DNA of 64,000 bases from NCBI GenBank assembly GCA_963968165.1, contig CAXAFE010000010.1:471-64470 (forward strand), in the 5' to 3' direction. Under the pieces are notes generated by a model that was given only the letters and a program-made list of their open reading frames with translations, was not told the origin of the DNA and did no database searches. Positions 9,695 through 20,683 of this stretch are shown here, in pieces. Positions within the stretch are counted from its first letter, which is position 1. Each line of letters opens with the position of its first letter. The translations under genes and the position numbers were made by a program. The stretch is from an uncultured Candidatus Poseidoniales archaeon (lineage in GTDB: Archaea > Thermoplasmatota > Poseidoniia > Poseidoniales > Thalassarchaeaceae).

Positions 9695-10462
9695 TTGATG
9701 GAGATACTGAGTAGCGATAATTTACCAAATGAATTAGAATACAGAATTATTCCATTGTTTGTACTAGATTCATTTTTAATGCCCGGAGATAGTATGATGA
9801 TGAGGGTCTTTGAGCCAAGGTATAAACAAATGCTAGATGATACTTCTATAGATTCATTGCCATATGGGCACGTTGTGGCAAATCCCGCGCTTCCATTAAT
9901 GAAAGGTTGGTCAGCACCATATGATATTGGTACGTTGGTTGATGTAAATGAATTAGAAGAAAATGGTTCAAATTTATTATATGGAGCCATAGGAGGAGGA
10001 AGATTCAGAATTATTAAAATAATACCTCCAGAACTAGAGAATATTGATTTTGGAGGAATTTTTCCCTCGGTATTTGATTTAGAACAAAAATATTCGGAAA
10101 CTAAACCTACAGGAAAATTATATTTAAGAGCTGTTATTGAAATTATTCCTGAATTAGTTGGTAAAGATAATGAATCAAAATGGGATAATTTAATATCTTT
10201 ATGGGAATCCTATATTCTACAAATCGCTGAAATTACAGGCGTTGGTGAAGATGATTATAAATTCGCTAGTGAGTTAAAGGCGGAATTTACAGAGGAAACT
10301 GAAGATAATATTTGGAGATTGGCTGCATTAGTTGTTGATAGTGTCGAAGGTCAATTAGAATGTTTAAAATCGGAATATAAAAAAGAAGTCTTGAGCATAA
10401 TAGAATCGCATATTCAAAACAAGATGAAAATAATTAAATTCTTTCGCGAATCCAATGAATAG
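9695..10462 (+). CDS. Stand-alone LON peptidase substrate-binding-domain protein
   Basis: IPLFVL..FLMPGD..MRVFEPRYKQML..IGTL..G.GRFRI; no AAA or protease domain. Confidence 0.85.
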   Translation: MMEILSSDNLPNELEYRIIPLFVLDSFLMPGDSMMMRVFEPRYKQMLDDTSIDSLPYGHVVANPALPLMKGWSAPYDIGTLVDVNELEENGSNLLYGAIGGGRFRIIKIIPPELENIDFGGIFPSVFDLEQKYSETKPTGKLYLRAVIEIIPELVGKDNESKWDNLISLWESYILQIAEITGVGEDDYKFASELKAEFTEETEDNIWRLAALVVDSVEGQLECLKSEYKKEVLSIIESHIQNKMKIIKFFRESNE

Positions 10463-10543
10463 AAAATAATTAATATTAGAAAAATAATTTTGTATAATTC
10501 ATAACAATCTTAAGTCTCAATACATTGGATTATTAAGGTTCTA

Positions 10544-11596
10544 ATGCGAGTTGAGCAAGATGTTAAGTTGACTTTTGATGATGTTTTGATAAGACCTAAG
10601 CGCAGTACGCTTGTTTCGCGATCCGATGTAAATCTAGAACGTGAATTTAGTTTTAGACATTCTACTGATATTTGGACAGGAGTACCAATAGTCTCCGCTA
10701 ATATGGATACTACTGGACTTTTTTCAGTTTCTAAAGTACTTCAAGAACATAAAATGTTAACTTGTACTCAAAAATTTTATTCCACTAAAGATTTCTCTGC
10801 AGCATGGAAAGATGGAATAAAGCCAGAATTTATCGCTGTTACGTGCGGTTCTACAGATAGTAGTTTTGAATTAGTTAAAAGGAAGGTTGCAACAAATAAG
10901 AATTTGAGAATGATTTGTATAGATGTTGCAAATGGGTATAGAGAAATTTTTCTAGAATTTGTAAAAAAAGTCAGGGAAGAGTTCCCTACTAAGATAATCA
11001 TAGCAGGAAATGTCGCTACTAGGGAAATGACTGAGGCATTGATTCTTGCTGGCGCGGACATAGTCAAGGTTGGAATTGGCCCGGGTTCCGTTTGTACAAC
11101 TAGGAAGGTTGCCGGAGTCGGATATCCCCAATTATCTGCTATTTCTGAATGTGCGGATGCGGCCCACGGTCTTTTGGGCCACGTCATGGCCGATGGAGGT
11201 TGTTCTTCCCCGGGAGATGTAGCAAAGGCCTTTGCCGCAGGCGCCGACTTTGTAATGCTAGGAGGGATGTTTGCTGGCCATGATGAATCTGGAGGAGAGA
11301 TAGTTAAAGGAAGTAATGGTAGAATGTATAAATCATTTTATGGTATGTCTTCATCTAAGGCAATGGAAACTCATTATGGAGAAGTAGCTAAACATAGGGC
11401 CCCTGAAGGTAAGGAAGTTAGGGTCCCTTACAGAGGGCCTATGGAAGATACCATACAATCTATTCTTGGTGGATTACGATCTGCATGCTCGTATGTAGGC
11501 GCCAGAAGAATCAAAGATTTACCTAAATGTACTACTTTTATCAGAGTAACCCAAACTACAAACGAAGTATATCAAAGATTCAATGTTGAAGAATGA
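10544..11596 (+). CDS. guaC: GMP reductase
   Basis: [34 protein letters not shown]-terminal TTFIRV; no CBS domains. Confidence 0.93.
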   Translation: MRVEQDVKLTFDDVLIRPKRSTLVSRSDVNLEREFSFRHSTDIWTGVPIVSANMDTTGLFSVSKVLQEHKMLTCTQKFYSTKDFSAAWKDGIKPEFIAVTCGSTDSSFELVKRKVATNKNLRMICIDVANGYREIFLEFVKKVREEFPTKIIIAGNVATREMTEALILAGADIVKVGIGPGSVCTTRKVAGVGYPQLSAISECADAAHGLLGHVMADGGCSSPGDVAKAFAAGADFVMLGGMFAGHDESGGEIVKGSNGRMYKSFYGMSSSKAMETHYGEVAKHRAPEGKEVRVPYRGPMEDTIQSILGGLRSACSYVGARRIKDLPKCTTFIRVTQTTNEVYQRFNVEE

Positions 11597-11597
11597 T

Positions 11598-12083
11598 TTA
11601 GATATCCAGTACTACTTGAGCTACCCATCCGGGTCCTTCGAAATCAGGTATATCATCACTGACTCCAGGCATAATTTCAGACTTTTTTATTTCTCTAAAA
11701 AATAATTCATGCATAGTAACAGCTTTAATCTCAATTTCTCGTGTTATATAATTTGAGTCGACCCATGAAACTTGTGCATCTATTGATGATTTTGAGATCA
11801 TAAATGAAACATCTACTAACCACTGGTCTTCTGTCATTCCCCTATACAGAACTTCCTCAAGCCACCTTACCATTCCTCTCTCAACGTCCGATTTCACAAG
11901 AGGGATAGACCAATGCCCATTATGTATTATCATAGATTTAACATCATAATCTTGATCATTAGACAATTGAATGGATTGGAGACCTAGTGTCATCTCTCTC
12001 ATTAATTCCGAGGGATTATTAGAAAATGCCCTAATTCCTATATCTGCAGTAGTAGGGAGTATCCACCATGACATACTATACAC
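11598..12083 (-). CDS. Archease (RtcB cofactor)
   Basis: TADIGIRA N-terminus, EIKAVTMH, C-terminal VVLDI. Confidence 0.88.
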   Translation of the reverse strand: MYSMSWWILPTTADIGIRAFSNNPSELMREMTLGLQSIQLSNDQDYDVKSMIIHNGHWSIPLVKSDVERGMVRWLEEVLYRGMTEDQWLVDVSFMISKSSIDAQVSWVDSNYITREIEIKAVTMHELFFREIKKSEIMPGVSDDIPDFEGPGWVAQVVLDI

Positions 12084-12115
12084 TCCTATGAGAGGAAACT
12101 AACAATTGATAAAAA

Positions 12116-15100
12116 TTAATTATAATTATCACATAGTTCACCTTGAGAGGGGAAACTAGTTGGGTCTTTCGGATTAGTATTCCATTTATTTTCACATTTA
12201 TTTATATAACCATCTCCATCAGAATCAATTGTAGCATCTGAAGCATCAAGTGGGTCGAAATTGAAAAAGAATTCCCAGCCAGACCACATACCATCGTCGT
12301 CTTGATCTTGATGGAAAACCTCGGAACCATCGGACCAGCCATCGGGACAACTGCTGCCATCAGCACAAAGATCAGAATCACTTAGTATTGGATTAGTCCC
12401 ATTTTGATACTCTTCATAATTAGTAAAATTTTCTAAATCGTTATAAAACGTTACACCGACACCGTTTGGGTCTATATGACATTCTGAATCTTGCGGATTT
12501 GCCCATCCTGGGCAATATCTATTTAACAAATATGTTCTATTCAAACCATCATTATCAAAGTCTTCTTGCCCATCATTAACTCCATCTAAGTCAGAGTCAG
12601 GCATTCTAGGGTCCATTGGACCTCTTGAACCCAGAGCACTTAACGAATTATTATCAACTAGACCTAAACTAAGTGCTTGTTCTGTTTTAGAAACCTCCCA
12701 TCCATCTGGGAGCATGTCGCCATCAGTATCATGATCAACAGGATTTGTATTCCATCTATCTGGTGCTTCTAATGAATTTTGAAGAGTATCATTATCAATA
12801 TCATAAATAGAGTCCGATAAAATACTAGATGGATTCAGTGCCCAGCGACCTTGCTCAGGGATTGAAAATCCAGATAAGTTCATCTCAGAAAGAAAGTATT
12901 TTGGATCCATTATGCCATCTCCATTTCGATCTCCAGATGTCGAAAATCCAGTATTAAAATTAGTCCAAACCCAACCTCCTGGTCCTAAGCCACATTCTAT
13001 CATTGAATCGCAATTTGGAGGTAACCATGATGATGTGGAAATCCAAAGGCTGTGGCTGTTAGTATTTTGTTGAACAGAGAATATTTGCATTTCCCATCCA
13101 TCGGGTTGACCATCTCCATCCGTATCATTGTTCAATGGACTTGTTGGACTTTGCCATGGTCTAGGTATGTAAAGTACCTCTCCGCCATCATTTAGTCCAT
13201 CATCATCAGTATCTGCATTGTTTGCATGCGTTACATATGTATCTGAACCATCAATCACCTCTTCACCATCCTCCAGACCATCATTATCTGTATCGAAAGC
13301 GGATGCATTAGTAAAATAATGAACTGTTGAGCCATTGATTTCAATGTAGTGGCCAGTTATAGCTTCCCTATAGTCCTCCAATCCATCATTATCTGTATCT
13401 CTGTCTGTAGCATTCGTAAAAGTTACATAGTACTCCATTGAATCATTGAGTCCATCATTATCGCTATCATATGTACCAGGATCGCTACGTACAATTACAT
13501 CACGTACCCCATTATCAACGATTCTTATTATCCATCCCATAACTTCTATGCCATCTAGTAAGCCATCACCATCTGTATCAGAATTTAGTGGATCTGTGGA
13601 CCTACTATCGAGAATTCCATCGAAGTTTCGATCCCTAGCATTATATTCATCGAGATTAGTGAAACGTTCATTATTTTCTATGACCACAATCAAATCTTGT
13701 AATCTACTGGTAATTTCATCTCCAACTTCAATGTTGATATAGTAAACCCATCCTTCCGTTTGAGTTTTTATTGGAATATTTACATAGTTACCTTCTTGTA
13801 CAGTTCGAACCCACAAGACAGTCCTATTCTCTTGAACGAAATCCCCCAATTCTACATTAATTGAGTGTATGGTAGTAACGCCAAGCATTTCTGAGTACCT
13901 AACTCCGCCGTCATTATCTAAATCATATCCATCGAAATCTGGATCATCATCTGCATTACTACCATCAGTTGGATGAATTCCGTTCAGATATTCCCAACCA
14001 TCAGGCATGTCATCATTATCGGTATCAGCATCTAAAGGATTAGTAAAATTTGATTCACCCCATGCATAAGAAACTTCAAATTCTTCAACATTATTTAATC
14101 CATCATTATCGTTGTCCCCATATGCGTCTGTGGCGTTTGAGGGATTGAGTAATTCATTGTAGCAATACTCAAAACCATCAGGCATACCATCTCCATCGGT
14201 ATCCCAATCACCAGGACCATTAAGCCTACCATCGCCATCCATATCTTGTTCGAACCATGTTAAGTCTCCTTCTGCTTCCATTTGATCAGTATAAGGGGCA
14301 TCTATAGTAAGAGTTCCAAAAACAGGAATACCGCAATGTACACCAAGGTTTATTTCTCCGAATGCAATTTCATATCGATCATCTATCAAGTCATTATCGC
14401 TATCTTCTGCTAATGGATTTGTATCATAACTTTCCTCGACATAATTTCTCAAACTATCTGGTTGTGGTTGTTCTAAATCGAGAACAGCATCACAGGAGTG
14501 TCCGAATTGATTACCCATCTCATCCCATTTATCTTTCCCTATGTCTTGTTCTATTTCAGCCCTAACGGTTGCTGTTAGTAAATCACAGTCCCAATTACCA
14601 TCCAAAGGATCCAGTAGTGTTATTGGCCCTTGAGCGGTAATTATTTCGTATTTATATCTAGATTCCCAGTTATCATTTAACCCATCCCCGTCACTATCCT
14701 TTAAATTAGGATTAGTTCCTAATACTGACTCTTCTAGATTTGTTAATCCATCTCTATCTGGATCACCCAAAGGCCCATTATCGGGATTTGGAAAGGTTTC
14801 GTTTTGTTCACCTGTCTCTTGTTCAGTATCCACTGAATTTATAGGTATATCTTGACAATCTCCTTGTTGAATCGATGAATCACCAAAAGAAATACATGGC
14901 TCCCCCGTATCTAAAGGATCGAGTCCATTATCTATTTCCCATCCATCATCTAAACCATCACCATCAGTATCAGCTTGTTGCCAATTTGTACCATAAAGAG
15001 TTTGTTCCATCCTATCGGGAATGCCATCTCCGTCCCAATCGCAGCCTACTGTGGCTACATCTTCCGGGCATTGTTTGGGATTTTCATCTTCAGTCAAAAG

Positions 15101-15235
15101 TATATCATCAACCGCAGAGTCAAAACCCCCAGCATCAGTATTAGAGATTGCGGCTCCAACTATAGTGTAAACTCCCGCTAAACACAATGTTGCTGCAATT
15201 GCAGCGACTGCATATTGATTATGATTTAATGCCAT
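12116..15235 (-). CDS. Large membrane-anchored/secreted Ca-binding protein with many DxDxDG (bacterial TSP3-like) repeats
   Basis: N-terminal hydrophobic helix; recurring T(N/D)PxxxD(T/S)DxDG(L/M)xDGxE repeats. Start MALNH at 15235 preferred. Confidence 0.85.
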   Translation of the reverse strand: MALNHNQYAVAAIAATLCLAGVYTIVGAAISNTDAGGFDSAVDDILLTEDENPKQCPEDVATVGCDWDGDGIPDRMEQTLYGTNWQQADTDGDGLDDGWEIDNGLDPLDTGEPCISFGDSSIQQGDCQDIPINSVDTEQETGEQNETFPNPDNGPLGDPDRDGLTNLEESVLGTNPNLKDSDGDGLNDNWESRYKYEIITAQGPITLLDPLDGNWDCDLLTATVRAEIEQDIGKDKWDEMGNQFGHSCDAVLDLEQPQPDSLRNYVEESYDTNPLAEDSDNDLIDDRYEIAFGEINLGVHCGIPVFGTLTIDAPYTDQMEAEGDLTWFEQDMDGDGRLNGPGDWDTDGDGMPDGFEYCYNELLNPSNATDAYGDNDNDGLNNVEEFEVSYAWGESNFTNPLDADTDNDDMPDGWEYLNGIHPTDGSNADDDPDFDGYDLDNDGGVRYSEMLGVTTIHSINVELGDFVQENRTVLWVRTVQEGNYVNIPIKTQTEGWVYYINIEVGDEITSRLQDLIVVIENNERFTNLDEYNARDRNFDGILDSRSTDPLNSDTDGDGLLDGIEVMGWIIRIVDNGVRDVIVRSDPGTYDSDNDGLNDSMEYYVTFTNATDRDTDNDGLEDYREAITGHYIEINGSTVHYFTNASAFDTDNDGLEDGEEVIDGSDTYVTHANNADTDDDGLNDGGEVLYIPRPWQSPTSPLNNDTDGDGQPDGWEMQIFSVQQNTNSHSLWISTSSWLPPNCDSMIECGLGPGGWVWTNFNTGFSTSGDRNGDGIMDPKYFLSEMNLSGFSIPEQGRWALNPSSILSDSIYDIDNDTLQNSLEAPDRWNTNPVDHDTDGDMLPDGWEVSKTEQALSLGLVDNNSLSALGSRGPMDPRMPDSDLDGVNDGQEDFDNDGLNRTYLLNRYCPGWANPQDSECHIDPNGVGVTFYNDLENFTNYEEYQNGTNPILSDSDLCADGSSCPDGWSDGSEVFHQDQDDDGMWSGWEFFFNFDPLDASDATIDSDGDGYINKCENKWNTNPKDPTSFPSQGELCDNYN

Positions 15236-15308
15236 TAAAAACACCCGCCCCCTACTTGTGGACAACCCTTTGGGTTTGAGTTCGGCTATAATGTTTGACA
15301 GCACACGA

Positions 15309-16436
15309 TTATGAATTATCATCTATTTCCATATGTGTTGAAATAATTTTTACAAAATAATTATCAATTGATCTGGTAAGAATTAACTTACCATTCCTGC
15401 CATAAGCTCTTTCCCAGCATCCCAATAAGATTCCACATGTAATTGAGGGATGGAAGACTGAATCTAGGGAGAGTAATATTCCATTTTCCGAATCACAGTA
15501 TTTTGCATTGGTAATTTTTCCTAAGCCCGTTCTTTGTAAATGTCTGGCCCCAATATTTTTCCAATCTTCAGGCTCCCTGATCATTATATGAAAAGAGTCA
15601 GAGTAAAATTGTTCCCTTGCTGAATCCGCTGCTGCTGACCACCATAATGATTCATTTTTATCTCCTATATCCCATGAATAATTATTACTTCTTAGAAATT
15701 TTACTGTATTTAAATATGGAATAGAAAGTTGAATGAATCTTTCAAAAATATCATTCGAAACTATGATTTTATTAGAATTATTAATGGACCAATTACCTGC
15801 TGGACTAATGGTCAATATTTCCCACCATTCAGCATTATTAACAATTGAATATTTATGGAAATCCTCTATAAAATTACCATTGTAAAGTGGTGAAGGGAAT
15901 GTATCCAATATCGGCGTTAATGTTAGCAATACATGAGATTCAGAATCAACCCAACTGGATTTAAATCTCTTATTTGTCATGTATTCCCATATAGCCGATA
16001 GGTAACCAATAGCAATGTTTAGATTCGTATAATTTTGGATTAATATTTTTATATCTCCACTGTCTTCATCAAAGAAGGAAAAATCACCTAGACCTTTTTC
16101 AAAAAAATCTAATTTAATGGTTTTCCAATTATCTATATTATTATTTTTGGGTTTTTTGATAATATTGGAAACAAGGAAAAATTCCATGGCCTCAGATGAG
16201 GCGTGAATTAATCTCTTTCCCATTACTGTTTCCAGTCTTTCTTCTAAACCTAAAAACCATTTTTCAAACCATAAAGAACCCACAATCCAAACCGGTTCGC
16301 CAAGACTTTTTGAATCTAAAATTAGTCCATTTGAATAATGGGGCCATCTTGATTTAATATCCTGTATCTCGAAACCAAATTTATTTTTCTTTCTCAATAA
16401 AAAATCAAATATTGAAAATATATTCATTAAAATCAC
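15309..16436 (-). CDS. Hypothetical protein with two V4R-like repeats
   Basis: Two similar halves: KGLGDF...IAIGYLSAIWE and TGLGKI...ITCGILLGCWERAYG. Confidence 0.6.
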   Translation of the reverse strand: MILMNIFSIFDFLLRKKNKFGFEIQDIKSRWPHYSNGLILDSKSLGEPVWIVGSLWFEKWFLGLEERLETVMGKRLIHASSEAMEFFLVSNIIKKPKNNNIDNWKTIKLDFFEKGLGDFSFFDEDSGDIKILIQNYTNLNIAIGYLSAIWEYMTNKRFKSSWVDSESHVLLTLTPILDTFPSPLYNGNFIEDFHKYSIVNNAEWWEILTISPAGNWSINNSNKIIVSNDIFERFIQLSIPYLNTVKFLRSNNYSWDIGDKNESLWWSAAADSAREQFYSDSFHIMIREPEDWKNIGARHLQRTGLGKITNAKYCDSENGILLSLDSVFHPSITCGILLGCWERAYGRNGKLILTRSIDNYFVKIISTHMEIDDNS

Positions 16437-17632
16437 ATAAGAAATTCTGAAATTCTATTGAAAGCAATATTCAATATTTCTATTGGAGGTAGGCAAACCA
16501 TTCTGAAATGGCCACTTCCAAACTCTGGAGAAAATCCTGATCCATGAACAACTAAAACATGTTTTTCATGTAATAGGTCTAGCACAAAATTCTTATCATC
16601 ATTTGATAATTCTGGCTTAGTAATCTTTACAAATAAATAAAATGCAGCTCCTGGAGATTCACATTCTATACCTTCAATTTGAGAAATTCTTGTCAAACAA
16701 TAATCGAGTCTTTCTTTCACAATTAATCTATGATTATTTAACCATGATTTATCTCCTTCAAGTGCTGCAAGATATCCATATTGTGCCGGTGTAGATGCAC
16801 AAAGTCTGCTACGTAATAGTTTTTCAATACCATCTCTTACGAGTAATAAAGTATTTTTTGGGTCGTAAATTGACATATATCCCACTCTCCATCCGGGTGC
16901 AAAATAAACCTTTGAAACTCCATTTAATGTTATTACGGGCGTACTCCTCGAACGAGATGCAACAGATACCATTTTGCCAGTAAAATCTAATCCATCGTAA
17001 ATTTCATCAGATATAATAGTGCATTCTGGCCATTCTTCAGCAATTTTCAATAATAAATCAATTTCATCTTTTGTAGCAACATTTCCAGTTGGATTATTAG
17101 GATTTATTAGAACCAATAATTTAACATTTGAATTCATTTTACTCCTAATGTCCTCTATATCTATTTTCCAGCCATCAGATGATTTAAGGCCATATTCAAT
17201 GGTAGTTGCTCCATACATCTGAGGATATGCCATGTAAGGAGGATAATGGGGGCCTGGAGCAAGTACCTCATCTCCTTCTTGCAGAAAAGTGGCAAAAATG
17301 ATTTGTAATGCTTCGGTTACTCCGTGGGTAACATATACATCATCCGGAGAGCAGTTCCAACCCTTGGATAATTCACTCTTTGAGATAGCATTTCTTAGTT
17401 CTGAGATTCCATATGAAGGGCCATAACCGTTATCCTGCCTGTCAAGGGCATCTTTGAATGCTGCAATCATATGTGGAGGAGTTGGGAGCCCTTCATATGC
17501 CAGTGGATCACCAATATTTAGTCTGATAATTTCATGCCCTTTGGACTCAAGTTCAATTGCAGGTACAACAACATCACGAATTGCATATTCTATTTTGGAT
17601 GCTCTTGGTGAGACTTCGACTTGTCGTTCCAT
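16433..17632 (-). CDS. Class I/II PLP aminotransferase (alanine aminotransferase-like)
   Basis: IEYAIRD, LNIGDP, INPNNPTG, SDEIYD and GVSKVYFAPGWRVG (PLP Lys). Confidence 0.9.
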   Translation of the reverse strand: MERQVEVSPRASKIEYAIRDVVVPAIELESKGHEIIRLNIGDPLAYEGLPTPPHMIAAFKDALDRQDNGYGPSYGISELRNAISKSELSKGWNCSPDDVYVTHGVTEALQIIFATFLQEGDEVLAPGPHYPPYMAYPQMYGATTIEYGLKSSDGWKIDIEDIRSKMNSNVKLLVLINPNNPTGNVATKDEIDLLLKIAEEWPECTIISDEIYDGLDFTGKMVSVASRSRSTPVITLNGVSKVYFAPGWRVGYMSIYDPKNTLLLVRDGIEKLLRSRLCASTPAQYGYLAALEGDKSWLNNHRLIVKERLDYCLTRISQIEGIECESPGAAFYLFVKITKPELSNDDKNFVLDLLHEKHVLVVHGSGFSPEFGSGHFRMVCLPPIEILNIAFNRISEFLM

Positions 17633-17702
17633 GTACTCGCGGGCAATACCATAAACATCAAATGTACTGAAAAAAGATAATTTTCTTTTGTTTATAATTA
17701 GA

Positions 17703-20582
17703 TTAATTCAATCGTAAAATCTTCCGGGCATGAGATAAAGAATCAGGTACTCCTTTGGCATTCGAACCGCCACCCTGAGCAAAGGACGGTTTTCCTCCTC
17801 CACCTCCATTTATAAATTTAGAAATTTCATTTAATATTTCAATAGAATTATGGCGTTGAGAAGCCAAAGAATTTTCAGTACAAGCGACTATTAATTTTGC
17901 ACCTTCATCCTGGCTGCCAATAACTGCTAGAGTTGGATTTTTAGGATCTCGTGTCAATTCAGCAAGCATATTCATCATCTGCTTTGAGCCTCCAGATATC
18001 TCCATAACTACATATCTTACGCCATCCAATATTTTAGATTCATTATCAGATCCATTGGTTCTTAGATTTATTATTTCTCCCTCCAGCTCTTCGATCTTTT
18101 TTTGTTGTGATTTCCACTCTTCAAAAAAGCGAGAAACTGTTCTTGGAAGGTCTTCAGGGTTAACACCTAAAACATCTGAAGTATCACTCAATAATTTTTC
18201 TTGTAATCGTGCATGTTCGCGCGCTGTATCTCCGGCCACGACCTGCAGACGCTCTACCCCATCTTGGACTTGACTGGAGCGGATAATACGTAAATCACCA
18301 ATTTCACCGATATTATCATGATGCGTACCGCCACATGCTTGAGTATCAAAATCTTTTATTTTTATTATTCTAATCTTGTTTTGTTTTGGTGGTCCACCCT
18401 GATATATGTCAAAACCAAAGGATTTATCTGCTTCTTCTCTAGTAAGCACCAATTTTTCAACATTAAAATTATTTGATATGAGTTCATTGACCCGATCTTC
18501 GATTTTATCAAGCATCGACCTATCAATGCGGGAGTGATGAGTAACATCAATTCTGGCGTATTTCGATCCTTTATTTGAGCCGGCTTGCCATATGTGTGGC
18601 CCCAATAATTCTCTAGTTGCTCCTCCGACTAAATGAATCCCAGTATGATGGTCCATCAATTGTTTTCGTCTTGCCCATTTTACACATCCTTTTGTAACAT
18701 CATTTTTCATAAAATGATCTGTGAAATGTAACACTACACCATTACTAATTTTAGTATCTAAAACATTAATTTCAATTCCATTCTGATTTAAAGTACCTTG
18801 GTCGCCTAATTGTCCACCGCCTTCGGGATAAAATAGAGTTTTATCTAGAATAACTACATGATTGGGAATCATCAATACTTCATTAGAAAAATTAAATGAT
18901 TGCAAATGGGAGTTTGTTAGTTTAAAACAGGATATTACTTTTGCATCGAAATTAACTTTATTTGTATCTTCATAATAGTCCAGTGAAGTTTTAGGAACGT
19001 CAGATAATTCCTTCAACTTAGAAGGATTTTTTCTATTTTTAGATGCATTTTTTGTCATCATGGCATTTCTTGATGCCATATCTGCTGAGAAGCCGACACG
19101 AACACATAAATTATTCCAACCTAATGTGTTGGCTATTGAAATTGTCATATCTGGATTTAGCCCTCTCTCTTCAGATAAACGGAATAATATTTCATCGGGG
19201 AGTTCTGCATCATCTTTTGAGATATTTTTTAGTGCGGTCCTAACAGCAGATTCCCCTTTTCTTAACATCTCGTAATATCTCATTTCTTCTAATTCTAGAA
19301 TATCACATATTCCATCATATGACTGTACAAAAGTATTGATATTAAGGTAGGTATCTATGTGTCTAATCCCTAATTCTGTAAGACTTATATCTACTCCAAT
19401 ACTATCTCTCATTCGACAAACCCGTCTAGCAAGCATTCTAACCAAATATCCAGCTTTTGTATTGCTAGGTACTAATCCATCACCGAGCATATTACATATT
19501 GCATGCATATGATCTGGTATTGCATAAATTGAAGACAATGGTTCTGTGAGTTTTTTTAAGTCATTGATTGATATTATAAATCCTAAATCTACAAGTCTCG
19601 ATATCAATATATCATATAATGAATCTACATCAGTCCCAACATCAATATTGAGAATGCCCGATAAACGAGATATTTCTCCTAAAAGCCGATTTAAGTCCAA
19701 ATCCAGATTTAAAGAATTTATAATTCCTTCATAGCCAGAAATTTCTTTTAGCCAATTCACAGTTTCGGGATATATAGCTTCGTAAATATTTGGAGTTCCT
19801 GCTGCCGCCCAGCAAAATCTTTCTAGACCGTACCCTGTGTCTATTATTTGTAATTCCATTTCCCTATATTTTATTCCTTTGATTTCTATATTTCCTTCAT
19901 CATGCTCTTCTAAATTCATGAAAACGAGTGTTGCTAATTCTAAACCACCAACAATTACTTCAAGCGCTGGGCCGGCATTACCACCTCCTGACCATGGATT
20001 TTCAACGTATGTAATATCAGATGGAGGAATTCCAAATGTCTTGACCAGCATATCATCACATAAACGTACACATTGATCTATCCAGTATACTACATCATCA
20101 TCTTTTGGCCTATTGAAAGCATGATGTGCCATCATTTCAAAGGTTGAGAGATGCCTTCCTGAACGACCTACTGCTGCAACATCAGTCAACCTAATACAAG
20201 GTTGACTAATTGTTAATGGATTTGCAGGAGGTAGGACCTGTCCACTAGTGACATGTGGCTGAAAATCGGCTATACTTGCGATTGTCAGATGGATATCATC
20301 ACGCCATCTAGCAATTACTGGGTAAGGAGATATTACCTTATGCCCTCTATCTTCGAAATATGAAAGAAAAGTTTTTCTCATCGCATCTTTTAGTTCCTTT
20401 CCTTTCATCGGATATCCTTTGATAATTGGATTATCGATAAATGTATATGGATCTGATGTCGAGTCACCACATGTAATTCTGTCATTATCCCTAGTCCAAA
20501 ATTTTAGATTAGTAACCAAACATTTTTTCTGATGATGTCCTGATTCATCCCAAAATGGAATATCTACATCTCCAAATGACAT
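17703..20582 (-). CDS. alaS: Alanyl-tRNA synthetase (archaeal type)
   Basis: VIARWRDD..TIASIADFQP, DTGYGLER, editing HHTGIH and QACGGTH, C-terminal GGGGKPSFAQGGG. Confidence 0.97.
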   Translation of the reverse strand: MSFGDVDIPFWDESGHHQKKCLVTNLKFWTRDNDRITCGDSTSDPYTFIDNPIIKGYPMKGKELKDAMRKTFLSYFEDRGHKVISPYPVIARWRDDIHLTIASIADFQPHVTSGQVLPPANPLTISQPCIRLTDVAAVGRSGRHLSTFEMMAHHAFNRPKDDDVVYWIDQCVRLCDDMLVKTFGIPPSDITYVENPWSGGGNAGPALEVIVGGLELATLVFMNLEEHDEGNIEIKGIKYREMELQIIDTGYGLERFCWAAAGTPNIYEAIYPETVNWLKEISGYEGIINSLNLDLDLNRLLGEISRLSGILNIDVGTDVDSLYDILISRLVDLGFIISINDLKKLTEPLSSIYAIPDHMHAICNMLGDGLVPSNTKAGYLVRMLARRVCRMRDSIGVDISLTELGIRHIDTYLNINTFVQSYDGICDILELEEMRYYEMLRKGESAVRTALKNISKDDAELPDEILFRLSEERGLNPDMTISIANTLGWNNLCVRVGFSADMASRNAMMTKNASKNRKNPSKLKELSDVPKTSLDYYEDTNKVNFDAKVISCFKLTNSHLQSFNFSNEVLMIPNHVVILDKTLFYPEGGGQLGDQGTLNQNGIEINVLDTKISNGVVLHFTDHFMKNDVTKGCVKWARRKQLMDHHTGIHLVGGATRELLGPHIWQAGSNKGSKYARIDVTHHSRIDRSMLDKIEDRVNELISNNFNVEKLVLTREEADKSFGFDIYQGGPPKQNKIRIIKIKDFDTQACGGTHHDNIGEIGDLRIIRSSQVQDGVERLQVVAGDTAREHARLQEKLLSDTSDVLGVNPEDLPRTVSRFFEEWKSQQKKIEELEGEIINLRTNGSDNESKILDGVRYVVMEISGGSKQMMNMLAELTRDPKNPTLAVIGSQDEGAKLIVACTENSLASQRHNSIEILNEISKFINGGGGGKPSFAQGGGSNAKGVPDSLSHARKILRLN

Positions 20583-20683
20583 TATACAACAACTTCCAAT
20601 ACCTGCGAATTAACAATTAGTCTTGAAGGCAGTGCCTAATAACTCCCCGACGAGTTGAAAGGGAGGGCATCTGACGTTAGGGC

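Noticed and set aside
3330-9700. Possible integrated element at tRNA-Glu
   Set aside because: No integrase and no att-like duplication of the tRNA 3' end was found by eye; kept only as a weak island hypothesis.
12116-15235. Recurring CCATC/ATCAGTATC-like DNA motifs suggesting a repeat array
   Set aside because: They are codon echoes of DxDxDG protein repeats with irregular spacing, so not CRISPR.
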